Source: Escherichia coli
GTDB lineage: Bacteria; Pseudomonadota; Gammaproteobacteria; Enterobacterales; Enterobacteriaceae
Direction: 5' to 3' (one strand)
NCBI RefSeq assembly: GCF_965641715.1
Contig: NZ_OZ282453.1
Length of the DNA: 64,000 nt
Part shown: positions 57,743-64,000 of the stretch, one piece after another
Position numbering within the stretch: the first letter of the stretch is position 1
How the letters are laid out: each line of letters begins with the position of its first letter
The notes under the pieces: generated by a model
What the model saw: only the letters and a program-made list of their open reading frames with translations
Databases searched by the model: none
Told to the model about the DNA's origin: nothing
Translations under genes and position numbers: made by a program

Positions 57743-59260
57743 ATGGACAGAATGATGCCAAATAGAAAATGGATTTTGACCTCGCTGATAATGACTTTTT
57801 TCGGCATCCCCATACTGGCGCAATTTTTGGCAGCGGTTGTTGCCATGCTGGGTGTCGGGCTTACCGGTATTATTGAAGTTTGTAATATCCTTATCACGCC
57901 AACAATTTATCTTCTACTCAACGTCTTTATGCTGACGCTGGGGGCGATAATAATATTTTTCTCTGGTCGCGTGTGGGCCGGTGATAGCGCGCCAGAAAAC
58001 AGAGAAATAGCCGTCTGGCGGCAATGCTTTTTTCTCTTACCCGCGCTATTAACCTTGGTTGGCTGGATAATCACGCTACATCTGGCAGATTATCAATTTC
58101 GCCAGATGGGAGCTGGTTGGTTGGCAAACCTTATGCTTCCCTGGTTGGGCGTTTTTTTAGTCTCATTAGTGGGTGGTGAGTACTGGTGGATGGTCATTAT
58201 TCCCGTTGGGGCGCATATCAGTTTTTCGCTGGGATACGCCTGGCCGACCAGATATCCTTTATCCGGCACGTCCGGACTACGTTGCCGTAACTTACTCCTG
58301 TTTCTACTTATCTTACTTGGTATTGTCGCCGGGTATCAGGCCCATTTATATAAGCAGCAAAATCCTGGTGTCGGTGTACGCGAAAATATTGATATCTGGG
58401 CCTGGCGACCCGATAAACTCAATAATCGACTGACGCCGCTGCGTGGCAAACCGCAAATTCAGTTTAGGCAAAACTGGCCGCGAATCGATGGCGCCACGGC
58501 TGCGTACCCAATTTATGCTTCTGCATTTTATGCATTAAGTGTAATACCAGAGGATTTTCACGTTTGGGATTATCTGGAAAACTCTCGTACGCCAGAAGCA
58601 TATAACAAAATCGTTAAGGGCGATGCTGATATTATTTTCGTGGCGCAACCTTCCGGTGGGCAAAAAAAACGTGCAAAGGAATCTGGTGTCACTTTGGTGT
58701 ACACCCCCTTTGCCCGTGAAGCATTCGTTTTCATCGTCAATGCGGATAATCCGGTTAATTCCCTGACTGAACAACAGGTGCGTGACATTTTCAGTGGTGC
58801 AATTACCAATTGGCGTACTGTTGGCGGTAACGATCAGGAGATCCAGACCTGGCAGCGCCCGGAAGACTCTGGCAGCCAGACAGTGATGCAATCACAGGTC
58901 ATGAAAAATGTCCGCATGATCTCGCCGCAGGAAACGGAAGTGGCAAGCGTGATGGAGGGAATGATTAAAGTCGTTGCCGAATACCGTAATACAAACAACG
59001 CAATAGGCTATACCTTCCGCTATTACGCGACGCAAATGAATGCCGATAAAAATATAAAACTGCTAGCGATTAACGGTATTGCACCGACTGCGGAAAATAT
59101 TCGCAATGGCAAATATGCGTACATCGTCGATGCATTTATGGTGACGAGAGAAAATACAACGTCAGAAACACAAAAACTGGTCGAATGGTTTTTAACGCCG
59201 CAGGGGCAGAGTCTGGTAGAAGATGTGGGATATGTGCCGCTGTATCCAACAATGGAATAA
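57743..59260 (+). CDS. Polytopic membrane domain fused to PstS-like periplasmic binding domain (505 aa)
   Basis: N-terminal ~200 aa with several hydrophobic segments; C-terminal ~300 aa paralogous to the next gene. Confidence 0.7.
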   Translation: MDRMMPNRKWILTSLIMTFFGIPILAQFLAAVVAMLGVGLTGIIEVCNILITPTIYLLLNVFMLTLGAIIIFFSGRVWAGDSAPENREIAVWRQCFFLLPALLTLVGWIITLHLADYQFRQMGAGWLANLMLPWLGVFLVSLVGGEYWWMVIIPVGAHISFSLGYAWPTRYPLSGTSGLRCRNLLLFLLILLGIVAGYQAHLYKQQNPGVGVRENIDIWAWRPDKLNNRLTPLRGKPQIQFRQNWPRIDGATAAYPIYASAFYALSVIPEDFHVWDYLENSRTPEAYNKIVKGDADIIFVAQPSGGQKKRAKESGVTLVYTPFAREAFVFIVNADNPVNSLTEQQVRDIFSGAITNWRTVGGNDQEIQTWQRPEDSGSQTVMQSQVMKNVRMISPQETEVASVMEGMIKVVAEYRNTNNAIGYTFRYYATQMNADKNIKLLAINGIAPTAENIRNGKYAYIVDAFMVTRENTTSETQKLVEWFLTPQGQSLVEDVGYVPLYPTME

Positions 59261-59285
59261 CGCTCGAGAGAAAGGAATCAGCGAG

Positions 59286-60278
59286 ATGAATAAATTCACC
59301 GGTGTTTTACTATTAGGCACGGCGTTACTGGCGGGATGTGTCGACCGGGAAGGGTACTATAACAGCGTCAGGGAAGAAGAGAGCCATGGACTGACGTCTC
59401 TGCGGGGGCAACCTGCATTACGTTACAGCGATGATTGGTCAAGATGGCCGAGAGTGTACGGCGCTACAGCCTTATACCCGCTGTATGCCTCCGCGTATTA
59501 TAAATTAGTACCCGAGCCAAAAGATAAGGATCGAACCTCGCTGGCCTGGCAGGCGTATGGTTTGCAGCAAACCCGAACAGCTGAAGCCTACGATAGTCTG
59601 ATTAAAGGTTCCGCGACGGTTATTTTTGTTGCACAACCGTCGGAAGGACAGAAAAAACGTGCAGAAGAAGCGGGTGTTAAACTGAAATATACCGCTTTCG
59701 CCCGCGAAGCCTTTGTCTTTATCGTTGATATTAATAACCCGGTAAATTCTCTCTCTGAGCACCAGGTTAAAGATATTTTTAGCGGCAAAACTAGCCGCTG
59801 GAATAAAGTAGGTGGTAGTGACGAACATATAAAAGTCTGGCAGCGCCCTGAAGATTCTGGAAGCCAAACGATTATGAAGGGATTGGTTATGCAAGACACC
59901 CCAATGCTGCCAGCTAAAAAATCCACTGTGATTGATCTTATGGGCGGTTTAATTACTGAAGTTGCCGACTATCAAAACACGCCATCTTCCATTGGGTACA
60001 CCTTCCACTATTACGTCACTCGTATGAATGACAATATGCTCAAAATGCGCAAGCAGATTAAACTTTTGGCTATAAATGGCGTTGCGCCTACCGAGGAAAA
60101 TATCCGCAACGGCACTTATCCATACATTGTGGATGCCTATATGGTGACGCGTGAAAATCCCACGCCGGAAACGCAGAAATTTGTTGACTGGTTTATAAGT
60201 CAGCAGGGGCAACAGTTGGTAGAGGATGTGGGGTATGTGCCGCTGTATGAAGCATCCCCCGAATCATCAGGACAATAA
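59286..60278 (+). CDS. PstS-like periplasmic binding-protein lipoprotein (about 330 aa)
   Basis: ORF 59223..60278; start MNKFTGVLLLGTALLAGC (lipobox); about 60% identical to the C-terminal domain of the upstream gene. Confidence 0.7.
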   Translation: MNKFTGVLLLGTALLAGCVDREGYYNSVREEESHGLTSLRGQPALRYSDDWSRWPRVYGATALYPLYASAYYKLVPEPKDKDRTSLAWQAYGLQQTRTAEAYDSLIKGSATVIFVAQPSEGQKKRAEEAGVKLKYTAFAREAFVFIVDINNPVNSLSEHQVKDIFSGKTSRWNKVGGSDEHIKVWQRPEDSGSQTIMKGLVMQDTPMLPAKKSTVIDLMGGLITEVADYQNTPSSIGYTFHYYVTRMNDNMLKMRKQIKLLAINGVAPTEENIRNGTYPYIVDAYMVTRENPTPETQKFVDWFISQQGQQLVEDVGYVPLYEASPESSGQ

Positions 60279-60402
60279 TGATGAATATAATCAGACTTTA
60301 TATTTATCCGTTATTTCTCGGCTTTGTTATTGTGCCGTTGTTGGTGTGGCCGATGGTGGTTGCGCTGGCTGCTTGTATTATCGTTGACAAAGTGCACTTT
60401 GT

Positions 60403-60437
60403 TCATGCCTGATGCGGCGTGAACGCCTTATCAGGCC
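60403..60437. repeat. REP element
   Basis: gcctgatgcggcgtgaacgccttatcaggcctac. Confidence 0.7.
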
Positions 60438-60547
60438 TACAAAATCATGCAAATTCAATATATTGCATAAACCACGCATCAGGCAATTTTGTGTTTGTCA
60501 TCAGTCTCAGGCCAGATTGAAATCTGACCTGATCACCTTACGTTAAT

Positions 60548-62053
60548 TTATGACGCCAGCGACAACTTCTGCTGCGTATATTCCACCAGCCACTGACTCA
60601 CACGAGATTGTTGATCCGCATTCAGCCACATGCCTTGTTTTGTGCGACGCCACAGGGCATCGTCGGCGCGGCGGACCCATTCGTGATCCACCAGGTATTT
60701 CAGTTCCGCTTCGTAGAACTCATGACCGAAATCCTCCCCGAGGTCGCTTATCGCCCCCGCATTGCCGAGCAGCAGCTCGCTGTTGCTGCCGTAAGTGCGT
60801 GCGTAATGACGCGCCAGCGATTCAGTCAGGAATGGATAGCGACGGCGCAGACGAGCGGCATAATCGTCGCGGTCGCCTTCAATGGCACCACCCGGTAGCA
60901 CGCTCTCTTTCGTCCACGCCGGGCCAATACCCTGATAATACGGCGTCAGTTTTTCCAGCGCATGTTCCGCCAGTTTGCGGTAGGTGGTCAGCTTACCGCC
61001 GAATACCGACAGCAGCGGTGCTTTGCCATTTTCATCATGAATATCAAGGGTGTAATCACGGGTAATAGCCTGCGGCGAGTCGGACTCATCATCACACAGC
61101 GGACGCACACCGGAGTAGGTCCAGACGATATCGTCACGGCTTAACTGCTTTTTAAAGTGCGTGTTATACACTTTCAGCAGGTAATTGATTTCACTCTCTT
61201 CAATCTTCACTGCTTTCGGATCACCTTTGTATTCCACATCGGTGGTGCCGATGATGGAAAACTCGTCCATCCACGGGATCACGAACACAATGCGTTTATC
61301 TTCGTTTTGCAGAATGTAGGCCTGCTTTTGGGTATGCACGCGCGGCACCACAATATGGCTGCCTTTGATCAGGCGAATGCCATAAGGCGAAGGCAGATGC
61401 ATCCCGTCGTCGAAGAACTGTTTCACCCACGGGCCGGTGGCGTTAACCAGGCCGCGCGCTTGCCAGCTATATTTTTTGCCGGTATCGATATCTTCCGCTT
61501 CCACAATCCACAGGCCGTTTTCGCGGCGAGCAGAGGTGGCGCGAGTCCGAGTAAGCACTTCGCCGCCTTTACGCACCACCATCTGGGCGTTGGCGAGTAC
61601 CAGACGGGCGTCGTCTACCCAACAGTCAGAATATTCGAATCCGCGCTTAATTTCCGGTTTTAACACTGAATTTGCGCCAAAACGCAAACCAGTTGATCCC
61701 GGCAGGCTGGTGCGTTTACCCAGATGATCGTACATAAACAGACCAATGCGAATCATCCACGCCGGGCGCAGATGCGGACGATGTGGCAGGCGAAAACGCA
61801 TCGGGAAGGCGATATGCGGGGCCATTTTCAGCAGCACTTCACGTTCAGCCAGCGCCTCGCTGACCAGGCGGAATTCATAGTGCTCAAGGTAGCGCAGGCC
61901 ACCGTGAATGAGTTTTGAACTGGCGGAAGAGGTCGCGCAAGCGAGATCCTGCGCCTCCAGCATCAGCACGGATAAACCGCGTCCAGCGGCGTCTGCCGCG
62001 ATACCAGCACCATTGATGCCGCCCCCTATCACAATCAGATCTTTGGTTTCCAT
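60548..62053 (-). CDS. glpD: Aerobic glycerol-3-phosphate dehydrogenase
   Basis: ORF 60548..62068; start METKDLIVIGGGINGAG (FAD-binding) gives 501 aa. Confidence 0.97.
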   Translation of the reverse strand: METKDLIVIGGGINGAGIAADAAGRGLSVLMLEAQDLACATSSASSKLIHGGLRYLEHYEFRLVSEALAEREVLLKMAPHIAFPMRFRLPHRPHLRPAWMIRIGLFMYDHLGKRTSLPGSTGLRFGANSVLKPEIKRGFEYSDCWVDDARLVLANAQMVVRKGGEVLTRTRATSARRENGLWIVEAEDIDTGKKYSWQARGLVNATGPWVKQFFDDGMHLPSPYGIRLIKGSHIVVPRVHTQKQAYILQNEDKRIVFVIPWMDEFSIIGTTDVEYKGDPKAVKIEESEINYLLKVYNTHFKKQLSRDDIVWTYSGVRPLCDDESDSPQAITRDYTLDIHDENGKAPLLSVFGGKLTTYRKLAEHALEKLTPYYQGIGPAWTKESVLPGGAIEGDRDDYAARLRRRYPFLTESLARHYARTYGSNSELLLGNAGAISDLGEDFGHEFYEAELKYLVDHEWVRRADDALWRRTKQGMWLNADQQSRVSQWLVEYTQQKLSLAS

Positions 62054-62084
62054 GCTGCCCTCATTCACTTTCGTTAAAGCTCAT

Positions 62085-62106
62085 AAATGTTCGTTATCGA
62101 ACATAT
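62085..62106. promoter_or_regulatory. GlpR operator in glpD/glpE divergent control region
   Basis: Palindrome aaATGTTCGTTATCGAACATat matching the GlpR operator half-site consensus. Confidence 0.75.
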
Positions 62107-62164
62107 TAGCAAAGAATCGCGCTTTAGGTAACATTGAAAAAACATTTTAGAGTGATATGTATAA

Positions 62165-62569
<405 letters not shown>

Positions 62570-62601
62570 CGCTTTATACTGTCCCCTTTTGTGTGGAATA
62601 A

Positions 62602-63444
<843 letters not shown>

Positions 63445-63460
63445 TTCCAGGGATTTATAA

Positions 63461-64000
63461 ATGAAACAAACACAACGTCACAACGGTATTATCGAACTGG
63501 TTAAACAGCAGGGTTATGTCAGTACCGAAGAGCTGGTAGAGCATTTCTCCGTCAGCCCGCAGACTATTCGCCGCGACCTCAATGAGCTGGCGGAGCAAAA
63601 CCTGATCCTGCGCCATCATGGCGGTGCGGCGCTGCCTTCCAGTTCGGTTAACACGCCGTGGCACGATCGTAAAGCCACCCAGACCGAAGAAAAAGAGCGC
63701 ATCGCCCGCAAAGTGGCGGAGCAAATCCCCAATGGCTCGACGCTGTTTATCGATATCGGCACCACGCCGGAAGCGGTGGCGCACGCGCTGCTCAATCACA
63801 GCAATTTGCGCATTGTCACCAACAATCTTAACGTTGCTAACACGCTGATGGTAAAAGAGGATTTCCGTATTATTCTCGCCGGTGGCGAATTACGCAGCCG
63901 CGATGGCGGGATCATTGGCGAAGCGACGCTCGATTTTATCTCCCAGTTCCGCCTTGATTTCGGCATTCTGGGGATCAGCGGCATCGATAGCGACGGCTCG
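63461..64000 (+). CDS. glpR: DeoR-family glycerol-3-phosphate repressor, 3' end truncated by window
   Basis: ATG at 63461; MKQTQRHNGIIELVKQQGYVSTEELVEHF HTH region; no stop inside window. Confidence 0.9.
   Translation, partial: MKQTQRHNGIIELVKQQGYVSTEELVEHFSVSPQTIRRDLNELAEQNLILRHHGGAALPSSSVNTPWHDRKATQTEEKERIARKVAEQIPNGSTLFIDIGTTPEAVAHALLNHSNLRIVTNNLNVANTLMVKEDFRIILAGGELRSRDGGIIGEATLDFISQFRLDFGILGISGIDSDGS

Overview
This window reads as an Escherichia coli chromosomal segment, collinear in reverse orientation with the K-12 region from glpR/glpD to yhhT (gene identities and K-12 comparisons are from memory, not a database search). The conserved backbone is glpRGE/glpD, glgPACXB, asd, yhgN, gntUKR, yhhW, yhhX, RyhB, yhhY, ggt, yhhA, ugpQCEAB, livFGMHK, panM, livJ, rpoH, ftsXEY, rsmD, yhhLMN, zntA, tusA, yhhQ, dcrB, yhhS and yhhT. 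Several accessory blocks appear to be absent from K-12. The most interesting is a two-gene cassette between gntU and yhgN: a RecQ-type helicase fused to a phosphoribosyltransferase-like C-terminus, translationally coupled to a DprA/Smf-like protein, which resembles PsyrTA/ShosTA-type toxin-antitoxin and anti-phage modules. The others are a DUF1778/GNAT toxin-antitoxin pair between livJ and panM (AtaR/AtaT-like); an orphan Hcp-HNH nuclease gene (yhhZ-like) split by an in-frame stop, with downstream immunity genes; two tandem paralogous PstS-like binding-protein genes between glgP and glpD, one fused to a polytopic membrane domain; a 248-aa membrane/TPR-like ORF between livF and ugpB; and, at the left edge, an aryl-polyene-like type II PKS/FAS cluster with two acyl carrier proteins. 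The accessory content suggests an O157:H7-like rather than K-12 background. No IS elements, CRISPR arrays, tRNA or rRNA genes were seen.
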